A DNA stretch of 64,000 bases from Promethearchaeota archaeon. GTDB lineage: Archaea > Asgardarchaeota > Thorarchaeia > Thorarchaeales > Thorarchaeaceae. Location of the stretch: NCBI GenBank assembly GCA_014730275.1, contig WJIL01000132.1, positions 122,026 to 186,025 of the forward strand, given 5' to 3'. The notes beneath the pieces were generated by a model. The model ran no database searches and was not told where the DNA came from. It saw only the letters and a program-made list of their open reading frames with translations. Below, one piece after another: positions 9,376 through 18,508 of this stretch (position 1 is its first letter; each line of letters begins with the position of its first letter). The translations under genes were made by a program, and so were the position numbers.

Positions 9376-9927
9376 GTGCTCCCGATGTCAGATGAAGTCA
9401 TTGAATGGTGGAAAGGTCGACTTGATTCTAATGAACTCATGAAGGCCTTCTTCGCGAAAACTTGGACAAAGCTCGGTGCGAGAATTGAGGTTCTATTCCC
9501 TGATCGCGTCAGGGACCTTTACTATAGCGCTGGAAGGCTAGCAGGCTTGGAGGCACAAAGGGAGTATTTCAAAATAGGAGAACAAACCCCTCCTGGTGAT
9601 TTCAAAGGTATAATTGAATTCATCAAAATGGCCTTAGAACGTCTCATAGTGCCTTTTGGAGAGATTGAGATAGCTAAACTCTACAAGCTATTTCTCGATG
9701 AAGAAGCTATAATCGAAATCAAGGAAAACCCATACGCTTCTGGTATGGATTCAGAGGAACCAGCTTGTTATTACTTACGAGGTTTCATTGAATCAATTAT
9801 GGAATACCTTACGGACTACAATCGAATAGAGTATGAGACACTGGAGATTGAAGAAGAAATGTGTATGGCAATGGGTGATGAAGCCTGCACTTTCCATATT
9901 AAGATGAGCTATCCTCCACGAGGATAG
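9376..9927 (+). CDS. V4R-domain protein (COG1719), third paralog
   Basis: EPACYYLRGFIESIMEYL...MCMAMGDEACTFHI shows the V4R pattern (C..GD..C.F). Confidence 0.65.
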   Translation: MLPMSDEVIEWWKGRLDSNELMKAFFAKTWTKLGARIEVLFPDRVRDLYYSAGRLAGLEAQREYFKIGEQTPPGDFKGIIEFIKMALERLIVPFGEIEIAKLYKLFLDEEAIIEIKENPYASGMDSEEPACYYLRGFIESIMEYLTDYNRIEYETLEIEEEMCMAMGDEACTFHIKMSYPPRG

Positions 9928-9967
9928 GCCTCCATATGTACAGCAATGTAACAAACATATCGCTTAA

Positions 9968-10765
9968 TTGCAGATACTCCTATTGGCTACTTGGTTAAAA
10001 GCAATGAGTGTTGGAACAAGAAATAAAGGACTTCTGGCTGCGACAGTAATGGCTCTCATGATGTCGGGGCTTGCAGTCTTCTTGATTTTTACTGTTCAGA
10101 ATGGATCGACAGCTATTTCAGCTAATGAAATTAGCGAGATTGCGACCATGCAACAGGCAACCGTTGACTGTGATTTCGGTTTCTCATCGATGAAGACGGG
10201 CACATCAGTAATACTAGAAGATACCATAACCAACACTCTTGGTAGCATCATCCCGTCTCTATTGATTATTGGAACTATTTCGGTTGATGCAGGAGAAGAC
10301 AAACATGATACTCTGCGGGCTAGGATTCTCCATGAAATCGAGAATTTCCCCGGTATTCACCTTCGGGAATTGAGGCGCCACCTAGATTGTGCTATGGGTG
10401 CACTTCAATATCATCTTTCTAATTTAGAAGAAGCAGGATTGGTAGTCTCACACAGAATGGGTAACACTCGCCATCTCTTTATTGATGGTTTCACGTCCGA
10501 AGAACGGAATATGGAACTGGCAGCTTTGATTCGCAATGCAACTGTACGTTCTATTATCCAACAGTGTTTGGCTGAATCTGAAATTACACAAGCAGAACTC
10601 AGTCGAGTTCTTTCATTGGACAAGAGTTTGGTTTCATACTATGTGAGTAGTCTCTTGGATGCGGATATCGTTCAGAAGCTCAAGGTATTCGGCAGAGAAA
10701 AGCCCTTGGTTGTTAAGGAATGGGCGGTAAAAGCAATTGCCGATTTGGGCCTTGCTCTGGAGTAG
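9968..10765 (+). CDS. membrane-anchored transcriptional regulator with two winged-helix (ArsR/MarR-like) modules
   Basis: N-terminal TM helix (LLAATVMALMMSGLAVFLIF). Then HLRELRRHLDCAMGALQYHLSNLEEAGLVVSHRMGNTRHLF and ITQAELSRVLSLDKSLVSYYVSSLLDADIV, both HTH-like. Confidence 0.5.
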   Translation: MQILLLATWLKAMSVGTRNKGLLAATVMALMMSGLAVFLIFTVQNGSTAISANEISEIATMQQATVDCDFGFSSMKTGTSVILEDTITNTLGSIIPSLLIIGTISVDAGEDKHDTLRARILHEIENFPGIHLRELRRHLDCAMGALQYHLSNLEEAGLVVSHRMGNTRHLFIDGFTSEERNMELAALIRNATVRSIIQQCLAESEITQAELSRVLSLDKSLVSYYVSSLLDADIVQKLKVFGREKPLVVKEWAVKAIADLGLALE

Positions 10766-10835
10766 TATTGAGTTATATCCAATAATGACACATAGATGAT
10801 TTCAGTTAAACCACAGACGGTGGAGACGGAAGAGC

Positions 10836-11585
10836 ATGGATGAAGACACTATACTAGGAAGCGATGAAGCGGATACTGAGCTTGACTTGGATGACTTAGA
10901 GGGTGCCAATTATGCTATTAGGCTAGATAATGTATCCAGGATTTACGACCTCGATGGGCACGAGATTCAAGCAGTACAGGATGTGACCATGGAAGTTACT
11001 CCGGGTGAATTCGTTGCAATTAGCGGACCTTCAGGCTCGGGGAAAACAACCTTACTCAACATCATAGGCTGCATCGACTGTGTCTCCTCTGGCAGAGTAT
11101 ACGTGATGGATGTGCCAATAGGCGATTATGATGAGGCCTTCAGAGCCACCTTCAGGCTGACTTATACTGGCTTCATTTTCCAAAGCTACAACTTGATTTC
11201 AACGCTAACTGCACTCGAAAATGTGATGTTTCCTATGCAGTTGTCTGAGCGAAAACTCAGCACCATACGCTCTGAAGCCTCCAATCTTCTCAAGCGAGTA
11301 GGACTGTCTGAGCGCGAAGACCACCTTCCTTGGCAGATGAGCTCAGGAGAACAGCAGAGAGTAGCTATAGCTCGGGCAATGGCTAATGATCCACCTGTGA
11401 TTCTTGCGGATGAACCTACCGCGAACCTTGATGCGGAAAGTGCAACGATGGTAAGAGACTTGCTAACCGCCTTGAATCATGAAGGTAAGACAGTAGTTAC
11501 GATGACTCATGACCATCGGCTATTGTCTCTTCCTGACGCTCGTAGATATGAAATGAAAAATGGGGCGCTGAGACCGCATGAGTAG
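10836..11585 (+). CDS. ABC transporter ATP-binding protein (MacB/LolD-like)
   Basis: Walker A GPSGSGKTTLLN, signature [13 protein letters not shown] and Walker B ILADEPT. Confidence 0.9.
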   Translation: MDEDTILGSDEADTELDLDDLEGANYAIRLDNVSRIYDLDGHEIQAVQDVTMEVTPGEFVAISGPSGSGKTTLLNIIGCIDCVSSGRVYVMDVPIGDYDEAFRATFRLTYTGFIFQSYNLISTLTALENVMFPMQLSERKLSTIRSEASNLLKRVGLSEREDHLPWQMSSGEQQRVAIARAMANDPPVILADEPTANLDAESATMVRDLLTALNHEGKTVVTMTHDHRLLSLPDARRYEMKNGALRPHE

Positions 11586-13452
11586 GCAGGACTATGCATC
11601 ACAGGATCTGAAGCGGAGGCCTCTCCGTACCGCTCTTGTCATGGCAACCATGACCACGGTTGTCGCAGCCACCGTCTTCTTGTTCCTGTTTGGTAATGTG
11701 TTGCTAGATATCACCTTTTTGATAACTTCCGAAGCCTCAACCTCTTCTCTAACCGTGTTTTTTGAAGGATTCATATGGGCCTCATTGATACTTGTCCTTC
11801 TTCTTGGTGCTGTTGTAGTGACCAGTACCGTTTCACTAGAAATGAGCAGTAGACGGAAAGATATTGGATTAATGAAGTCAATTGGAACCCTAATGGATAC
11901 TGTTTTCGATCATTTCATGGCTCAGGCAATGATTCTGATAGTTAGTAGTCTTGTACTCGGATTTTCCCTTGGTACCATTTTCTACTTGGCTGGAATGATA
12001 TGGCTTGGCAGTGTCGTACCTAGTATTCAGTTTACTTTCAACTTCCCTTGGCTTCAGTTGCTGATCTTGGCACTGATTTACATTGGTGCTGGCTACTTTG
12101 CTGCCCAGAAACCAATCTATGATGCTGTACATGAGTCGCCTATTTCTGCGATGAATCCCAACGCAGCTACAACCGTTCACAACAGAGGCTTCTTTGATTC
12201 CTTTGGTTTATCTTTCAGAGTAGCAACACGAGGTGTTGGTCGAAAAATTGCAGGATCAAAGAAAACATTGGTTGCTGTTGGCTTGAGTATTGCGCTTGCA
12301 TCATTGCTCTGGGTTGGCGGCGGTGTTGTACAAACAACTACAGATGCCTATGTATCAAGAGCAATGGGGACTAATGTTGTTGCAATAGGAAATCAAGAGC
12401 TGCTAGATAGGTATTATTCTGCATATTCCTTTTCTGGTAGTACGCTGAACGATTCTTTCAGTTATTTGGATGAAGCCGATTTGATACCGAATGAATTGGT
12501 GACTGAACTTGAGAATATGAGCGGAGTTATCCAATCAGAGTCTCGGCTTGTTGATTATACTAGTGTCTCCGAGGGGTCAGCTTACATTTGGAACCCTCAA
12601 ACGAACGAGTATGAACTTATTGGCGAAGATAGAACTGGTTCTGCACTAATAATGGGCGTGGATTGGCAAAGCAGCATATCTGACTGGTACTTCGAGGGTG
12701 AAGAGGAACAGCTTTCTCTTGACGAATTCGCTGGAACTAGGAAAACTGCAATCGGTGGGAGAATGGCGAATACTCTATTTGAAGATCCTATGATTCAGAG
12801 TTTAGGTGTTGCAGGCGCATCATTCGATGTGGGGGCTATTGCCTTTGACATACTGAATGGGGGCATGGCAGCGATGATTTCTTTTTCGGAGATGCAGGAC
12901 ATTTGGGACGTGTCTGGTCCCAACCTCTTTTTGATGCAGCTTGATGAATATGATTCATCAATTCTCTCTCAAATCGAGGACATCGCTTCTGATTATGGAT
13001 TCGCTGTTCATCACCAACAAGAAACACTTGAAGATAATATCGATTATGTTGCTGGTCTTTGGAGTCTTCTACAACCCTTAGCAATAATGGCCCTAGCAAG
13101 CGCGTTCTTGAGTCTGGTGAACTACTTGCTTGTGTCTGTATTTGGCAGATTGAGAGATTATATCATCATGCGGTCTATTGGTGCAAAACCAAGTTTCATT
13201 GCTCGCACGATGATTGCCGAAGGATTGGAAATTGGCATGAAAGCAGGAATTCCTGCCATATTTGGAGCAATTCTCTTCAGCATCTACCTTCTTGTCCCAG
13301 AAGCTGCAGTTCCAACGATTCTATATGTTCCTACCTCTGTTGCAGTAATGTTACTGGCGGTGGGTCTAGTTGTAGTTCTGGCTGCTATTCCAGTATATCT
13401 CCTATTTACTTCTGAATCCCGAAATCTGAGAGTATCCGAATTTTCTATTTAG
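11578..13452 (+). CDS. ABC transporter permease, FtsX/MacB-like with large extracytoplasmic domain
   Basis: 624 aa. Two FtsX-type 4-TM blocks with large loops. Its start overlaps the ATPase gene, so the two form an operon. Confidence 0.75.
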   Translation: MSRQDYASQDLKRRPLRTALVMATMTTVVAATVFLFLFGNVLLDITFLITSEASTSSLTVFFEGFIWASLILVLLLGAVVVTSTVSLEMSSRRKDIGLMKSIGTLMDTVFDHFMAQAMILIVSSLVLGFSLGTIFYLAGMIWLGSVVPSIQFTFNFPWLQLLILALIYIGAGYFAAQKPIYDAVHESPISAMNPNAATTVHNRGFFDSFGLSFRVATRGVGRKIAGSKKTLVAVGLSIALASLLWVGGGVVQTTTDAYVSRAMGTNVVAIGNQELLDRYYSAYSFSGSTLNDSFSYLDEADLIPNELVTELENMSGVIQSESRLVDYTSVSEGSAYIWNPQTNEYELIGEDRTGSALIMGVDWQSSISDWYFEGEEEQLSLDEFAGTRKTAIGGRMANTLFEDPMIQSLGVAGASFDVGAIAFDILNGGMAAMISFSEMQDIWDVSGPNLFLMQLDEYDSSILSQIEDIASDYGFAVHHQQETLEDNIDYVAGLWSLLQPLAIMALASAFLSLVNYLLVSVFGRLRDYIIMRSIGAKPSFIARTMIAEGLEIGMKAGIPAIFGAILFSIYLLVPEAAVPTILYVPTSVAVMLLAVGLVVVLAAIPVYLLFTSESRNLRVSEFSI

Positions 13453-13497
13453 GAACGTATTTAGGCGAATCTTAAAGCCCGAACATGAGGATGAAGA

Positions 13498-15171
13498 ATG
13501 CCCCCGCAAGCCGAAGAAGAATTCTCGATTCACTGGATTGATGACGTTGTTTCAGAAGTGTTAGAACGTGATACTGATGAGTACCTAGTCTCTACGGGCA
13601 AGAGTCCAAGCGGTAGCATTCATATTGGTTTCATGCGGGAATTGGTCATCGCTAATGTGATTACGCGAAGACTTCAAGATTTGGGTAAAAACGCAAGGAT
13701 GATGTTTGTTGTTGATGACTATGATCCCATCCGCTCTTTTCCTGATGGGGTTTCCCTTCCGATAGATGAATGGTCCGGTATTCCATATTCACAGATCCCT
13801 GATGAATTTGGGTGCTGCGAAAGCTTTGGTGCCCATTATGCCAATGAACTGATAGAGTCTTTCTCCGATTTTGGGGTGGACCCAGATGTTGTTTGGACAA
13901 GCAGAATCTACGAAACTGAGGAAATGCTGGCTGCTGTTAGAACATGTCTTCGTCATACTGACACTATCCGGGAAATAATGGTTGAATATGTAGCCAGTGA
14001 CTTTGACGAAGAACAGCGAGCGGAATATCTGGAAGCTATGAAATCATGGTATCCTGCTTCGGTCGTGTGTCCCAAATGTGGACATCTTCAGTCCGGCACA
14101 AAGGGTGCAATCGAACCCAATAGAATAACAGATTATGATGAAGAGCAGGATCTTGTGAGCTTCGAGTGTCAGGAATGCGGCTATTCAGATACACTGCCTC
14201 TTGATGAAGTCAAAGTCAAACTGACATGGAGGGTTGATTGGCCAGCCAAATGGCATATCTACGATGTCACATGTGAGCCGGCTGGAAAAGACCATTCGGT
14301 AAAAGGTGGTTCATATGATACAGGCCTAGAGGTCTCACATAGGGTCTTTCGTGAGCAGGGTCCCGTGAAGGTCGCTTATGAATGGGTCAGAATTGGCGGT
14401 CGCGATATGGCCACTTCTGAAGGTATTGTTTTCACTCCCAAAGCATGGTCTGAAATCGCTCCCCCAGAGGTCTACAGATATCTTATGCTCAAGACCGATT
14501 TAAGGCGTGCAATAAACATAGAACCTGAGAGATTGCCTGACCTCATTGATGAATACGATAGATTTGAACGTCTGTACTACGGGCTTGAAGAGGGGACTGA
14601 AGAAGAAATGGAGGTAGCTCAATTGGTGTATCCTCTAACGCAAGTTCATCCTGTACGGGATAGCTATTGCCCCAAACTTCCGTTCAAGTTTGCAAAGGAA
14701 GTCTCTCAACTCGAAGAGTTCCTAGGTCCTGAGGTTGTTATAAGCCGATGTAAAGAAGCTATCAAAAAGCAATACGATATCGACCGTGTGTCTGAAAAAG
14801 CTATCTCGCAAATACAAATCCGGCTACAACGAGCAAAGAATTGGGTAAATCAATTTGGTTCAGATCGTGATAAGCTGAAAATCCGAGAAACTGTACCAGA
14901 CGAATTCAGCGCGAAGCTATCTTCAGAAGAAAGAAAGTTCTTGGAGGAAATGCTGGATTTGCTTCAGAGAGGCCCCCTGGAAGATGAAGAAATTCAGAGT
15001 GCAGTTTTTGAGAATGCACGAGATATCGGTCTCAAAGTTGGTAAAGCATTTGGTGTGTTCTATAAACTCCTGATTTCACGTAGACATGGACCTAGGCTGG
15101 GCCCGTTCATAAATCTCCTGGGCCGAGAGTGGGTAGTTGAACGACTAGAGGAGGTTTTGAAGGGAAACTAA
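13498..15171 (+). CDS. lysK: lysine--tRNA ligase, class I
   Basis: N-terminal KSPSGSIHIGF is the class-I HIGH-type motif. WPAKWHIYDVTCEPAGKDH matches the LysRS-I DxEPxGKDH block. Internal Zn-binding CPKCGH...CQECGY. Confidence 0.7.
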   Translation: MPPQAEEEFSIHWIDDVVSEVLERDTDEYLVSTGKSPSGSIHIGFMRELVIANVITRRLQDLGKNARMMFVVDDYDPIRSFPDGVSLPIDEWSGIPYSQIPDEFGCCESFGAHYANELIESFSDFGVDPDVVWTSRIYETEEMLAAVRTCLRHTDTIREIMVEYVASDFDEEQRAEYLEAMKSWYPASVVCPKCGHLQSGTKGAIEPNRITDYDEEQDLVSFECQECGYSDTLPLDEVKVKLTWRVDWPAKWHIYDVTCEPAGKDHSVKGGSYDTGLEVSHRVFREQGPVKVAYEWVRIGGRDMATSEGIVFTPKAWSEIAPPEVYRYLMLKTDLRRAINIEPERLPDLIDEYDRFERLYYGLEEGTEEEMEVAQLVYPLTQVHPVRDSYCPKLPFKFAKEVSQLEEFLGPEVVISRCKEAIKKQYDIDRVSEKAISQIQIRLQRAKNWVNQFGSDRDKLKIRETVPDEFSAKLSSEERKFLEEMLDLLQRGPLEDEEIQSAVFENARDIGLKVGKAFGVFYKLLISRRHGPRLGPFINLLGREWVVERLEEVLKGN

Positions 15172-15239
15172 TACCCCTCCGTAAGATGTATATTGCTTAT
15201 TCAAATGGCGCCGCATACGATAGAGGACAGGAATAACAA

Positions 15240-15935
15240 ATGGTACTAGGAAAACTTCGGGAACAGTATAAGCGAGCTATGACGCCAGTAGGAAGAGCCC
15301 TTGCAAGAACTGGTATCACGCCAAACATGATTACCGGGTTGACTGTTCTTGTGGCCCTGATTAGTACATATTTCTTCTATCTGGGATCACTGCTCATTGG
15401 TTTGGCAATTATGATTTTCGCGGTCGTGCTTGACATGTTTGATGGTGCCGTTGCTAGGGCTGCTGATTTGGCTACTCCCTTTGGAGCTACCTTTGATCAT
15501 ACATTGGATAGATATGCAGAGTTTCTTTTCATTCTGGGTCTTATGTTGGGTCCAGTGGGTTCAGCAGAAAAGTACGTTCCTTGGTTCTGGGGATTTTTCA
15601 CATTATTCGGTATGATAATGGCAAGCTTTTCCCGTGCTAAAGCAGAATCCGTTGGTGGCATGGACGATTGTGCTGTTGGGCTTGCAGAGCGCCAAGAGAA
15701 GCTCATCCTAGTAATGCTTGGAATAGTCCTATTAGCTATACCCGAAACCAATCTCTGGGTGCAACTCATGACATTTTTCCCCTCGTCCATTGCTGATTTC
15801 GTAATCCTAACGTTAGATATTCCAAACATCTTGGCATTGTTCGTTGTCGTAGCTGGGCTTCTCTCTCATATCACTGTCGGACAGAGACTGAGCTATGCAA
15901 AGAAGCAAATCGAAGCACGCATTGCGGCTTCGTAA
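15240..15935 (+). CDS. CDP-alcohol phosphatidyltransferase family protein (candidate archaetidylinositol-phosphate synthase)
   Basis: DMFDGAVARAADLATPFGATFDHTLDRY fits D-x2-DG-x2-AR-x8-G-x3-D-x3-D. Multi-TM protein. Confidence 0.8.
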   Translation: MVLGKLREQYKRAMTPVGRALARTGITPNMITGLTVLVALISTYFFYLGSLLIGLAIMIFAVVLDMFDGAVARAADLATPFGATFDHTLDRYAEFLFILGLMLGPVGSAEKYVPWFWGFFTLFGMIMASFSRAKAESVGGMDDCAVGLAERQEKLILVMLGIVLLAIPETNLWVQLMTFFPSSIADFVILTLDIPNILALFVVVAGLLSHITVGQRLSYAKKQIEARIAAS

Positions 15936-16010
15936 ATCCGGGCTTGGTGGATTAGAAACAGTGTAGATAGATTCTGAGTAGCACTACATGGCAGAATGTG
16001 TGTATGTAGT

Positions 16011-16355
16011 CTACTCTTCATCCAAGGATGTCATATCAAAAACAGTGTCAAGAGTCGTTTGAAAGAATCTCTTAGCTTCTTTCATGGCCTTACTACCCCT
16101 GTTGGTAATTCCATAGTATTTCCGCGTGCTTTCGTTTCCTTCTTGCTCCTCAATTAGTCCATCTCTTTTGAGTCGGTAGATAATCGCGTATCCACTTACG
16201 GTAGCAGGAGAGAATCCGAATCTCTCCGTTACAAGCTCCTTTATCTCATATCCGTAATGTGGTCTTTCTTGCAATAGACGAAGTATATAGATCCAAAGCA
16301 TTCCTTTCGTATTTGAATCTACGAGCCTATCAATTGCTTTTGGTGAATCTTTCAT
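16011..16355 (-). CDS. PadR-family transcriptional regulator
   Basis: LWIYILRLLQERPHYGYEIKELVTERFGFSPATVSGYAIIYRLKRDGLIEE is a PadR winged helix. The likely start is the internal Met (MKDSPKAI), which avoids overlap with trmY. Confidence 0.7.
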   Translation of the reverse strand: MKDSPKAIDRLVDSNTKGMLWIYILRLLQERPHYGYEIKELVTERFGFSPATVSGYAIIYRLKRDGLIEEQEGNESTRKYYGITNRGSKAMKEAKRFFQTTLDTVFDMTSLDEE

Positions 16356-16371
16356 TTCTATAAGTTCTTCG

Positions 16372-16962
16372 TCAGACACTATTCTTCCTCCTTTCTGCTT
16401 CTGCGATAACCGTAGCAATACAATGGCTACCCAGATACGGTAGCGGCCCGATTGAAAGGTCGGGAATACCACACTCTCTTATTATTTTGAGTGAGTGTGA
16501 GTCAAAACCTTTGTGGTCACCTAAGATGAAGCTGTTCTGCAGAGCAGGATTCCAGGTTTTGGTGCTGTTCTCACTTTTCTCATGAAGAAGCCATACATTT
16601 GTTGACGAATCATTGACCAGCTGCTGTATATTCTGTTCGAAGTCCAAATCATCAATGGAGATGTACTCTGGTTGATTGCCATTGAGACTTTCTCTGATGT
16701 CTTTCGCCCAATCAGTTTCTGCCATATCTTCTGCTCTTTCAGGCCTGTGAAACTGCAAAGTCAGCTCATCTGAAAGAACTGCACGAAGTTCTATTTCATT
16801 GGATGGGATTATTGTTGGTGCCCATCCAAAACAAGCAGAAAGACACCTACAGAGCACATCCACTCGATTGCCTGAACCCGGAAGGTCCCGAAGCAGGAAA
16901 TCTCCTTTGGTCGGCATGTTCGGAAAATATAGGAGAAACCTGAGGAACACAGCATTCAACAT
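16372..16962 (-). CDS. trmY: tRNA (pseudouridine54-N1)-methyltransferase TrmY-like SPOUT protein (COG1901)
   Basis: N-terminus LRDLPGSGNRVDVLCRC and C-terminus LSIGPLPYLGSHCIATV resemble MJ1640-type TrmY. Confidence 0.55.
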   Translation of the reverse strand: MLNAVFLRFLLYFPNMPTKGDFLLRDLPGSGNRVDVLCRCLSACFGWAPTIIPSNEIELRAVLSDELTLQFHRPERAEDMAETDWAKDIRESLNGNQPEYISIDDLDFEQNIQQLVNDSSTNVWLLHEKSENSTKTWNPALQNSFILGDHKGFDSHSLKIIRECGIPDLSIGPLPYLGSHCIATVIAEAERRKNSV

Positions 16963-17040
16963 ACGGCATACCCACTATCAATGGGGGGCATTATATGTTT
17001 AAAGCTGGTTCAGACGCAAATAGCATTGTGGATTTGAAAT

Positions 17041-17337
17041 CTATCGCCTGTGGTATCTATCGTTCAGATCTCTTCGATCCTCTTCAGAGCGGATATTCAC
17101 CTTGCCATAATGAACAGCACAACTAACACAATAATATTCTGTTCTTCTGCTTGTCCGTATGTATGCTCCCTGTTTACGCAGCTCACGAGCGAGCTGAGGA
17201 TCTACAGGAGATACCGTTCTTGTATACTTCTTCGCTTTATCAGCAGGAACAACTGCTCCACATTTTGAACATTGAACTGTTCCTGTTCTGCCCGACTTGT
17301 TCTTACTTCTTCCGCCGGATCGTCTTTTCTTTGCCAC
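17041..17337 (-). CDS. rps26e: ribosomal protein eS26 (S26e)
   Basis: Basic N-terminus, CSKCG Zn knuckle and YCVSCAVH, the eS26 signature. Confidence 0.85.
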   Translation of the reverse strand: MAKKRRSGGRSKNKSGRTGTVQCSKCGAVVPADKAKKYTRTVSPVDPQLARELRKQGAYIRTSRRTEYYCVSCAVHYGKVNIRSEEDRRDLNDRYHRR

Positions 17338-17425
17338 TATTACGTTCCTCTGTTACGTTGTTCTGCGGTTGCCCTCTTAAAATCTTTGACTTTCAGCTAA
17401 GTTAGTGTGATAATTGAAAGGCTAG

Positions 17426-18508
17426 TTACCGGTGTAATTCAACTGTCTCTTGGACAATATCTATGATGTCCCTGTTTCGTTTGATTGCATCTTGATTTGC
17501 AGTCCTTTCTATCTGGTCTCGACGGACCGGCATTTTTTCTCCCTTGAGACCACGTAAACTCGCCTCAACGGAGAGGCCAAGAACAAGCGGGTTATAACCT
17601 CCTTCTAGGACCCAGAACGAGCCCAATGCACTAGTCTCTTCAACAAGGTAATCCACCTTTTTTCCAAATCGCCAAAAGGTGCTTGAATCGACATTCATGT
17701 TACCGACAGGATCTGCATAGTGAGAATCATAGCCTGCTGAAACCGCAATTAGCGATGGCTCAAATCTCTCGATGGATGGTATGACAATTCTTTCAATAGC
17801 TTCTTCGTATGAAACATCCGGGGATCCATCGACCAGCGGGATGTTTACATTCGTCCCTACGGCTTCACCATGTCCTACTTCATTGTAGTGGCCCGTCCCG
17901 CACATATCATAGTCATATTCATGCAAGGAGATGTACTGTACTTTGTCTTCGGAATAGAATATCTCCGAAGTTCCATTACCATGATGATTATCAAAATCAA
18001 GTATAGAAACCCTATCTATCTCCTCGTGGTGGAAGGCCTGCTCGACGGCAATAGATGCGTTATTGAAGAAACAGAGTCCCATCGGCGATGATGTTGAAGC
18101 GTGGTGACCTGGTGGCCTTATGAGTGCAAATGCATGATTCGTCTCTCTCTGAGTTACCCTCTCCATTGCTCCAATAGCACCTCCTACTGCACCAAGCGCA
18201 CTTCTCAACAGCCCCGGACTTGCATATGCTGATTCTCCTAGTACGCCGCTACCAAGGTCACTCATGACTGCGACGCTGTCCAGAACATAGGATGTATGAA
18301 CTTCAAGCACATCTCGAGGTGACGCACGGGGTACTTCTACGATGTCTGAAGCGGTAATGAAACCACTCTTGAGTAAGTAGTCCTCGATAACATCTATCCT
18401 CAGCGGTGTTTCGAATGCCTCCAGATGTGGCTTTGGGAACGGTGCTTGGTGAAGGCTGATGTCTCTGTTGGTTACTATTCTCAAATCTTTTCCAGTCAAT
18501 TTGGTCAC
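17426..18508 (-). CDS. histone deacetylase-family (HDAC/AcuC-like) deacetylase
   Basis: ILDFDNHHGNGTSEIFY and the GYDSH region are classic HDAC motifs. Confidence 0.85.
   Translation of the reverse strand: MTKLTGKDLRIVTNRDISLHQAPFPKPHLEAFETPLRIDVIEDYLLKSGFITASDIVEVPRASPRDVLEVHTSYVLDSVAVMSDLGSGVLGESAYASPGLLRSALGAVGGAIGAMERVTQRETNHAFALIRPPGHHASTSSPMGLCFFNNASIAVEQAFHHEEIDRVSILDFDNHHGNGTSEIFYSEDKVQYISLHEYDYDMCGTGHYNEVGHGEAVGTNVNIPLVDGSPDVSYEEAIERIVIPSIERFEPSLIAVSAGYDSHYADPVGNMNVDSSTFWRFGKKVDYLVEETSALGSFWVLEGGYNPLVLGLSVEASLRGLKGEKMPVRRDQIERTANQDAIKRNRDIIDIVQETVELHR

Noticed and set aside
11592-13415. Internal or antisense ORFs inside the FtsX permease gene (11592-11774, 11890-12180, 12836-13099, 13059-13415)
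   Set aside because: They are nested within a long gene with clear family signatures, so they are spurious frames.
16011-16472. Full-length 153-aa PadR ORF overlapping trmY by 100 nt
   Set aside because: The PadR domain begins at the internal Met (16355). The upstream extension is hydrophobic and non-homologous, so the overlap is probably an artefact of choosing the longest ORF.
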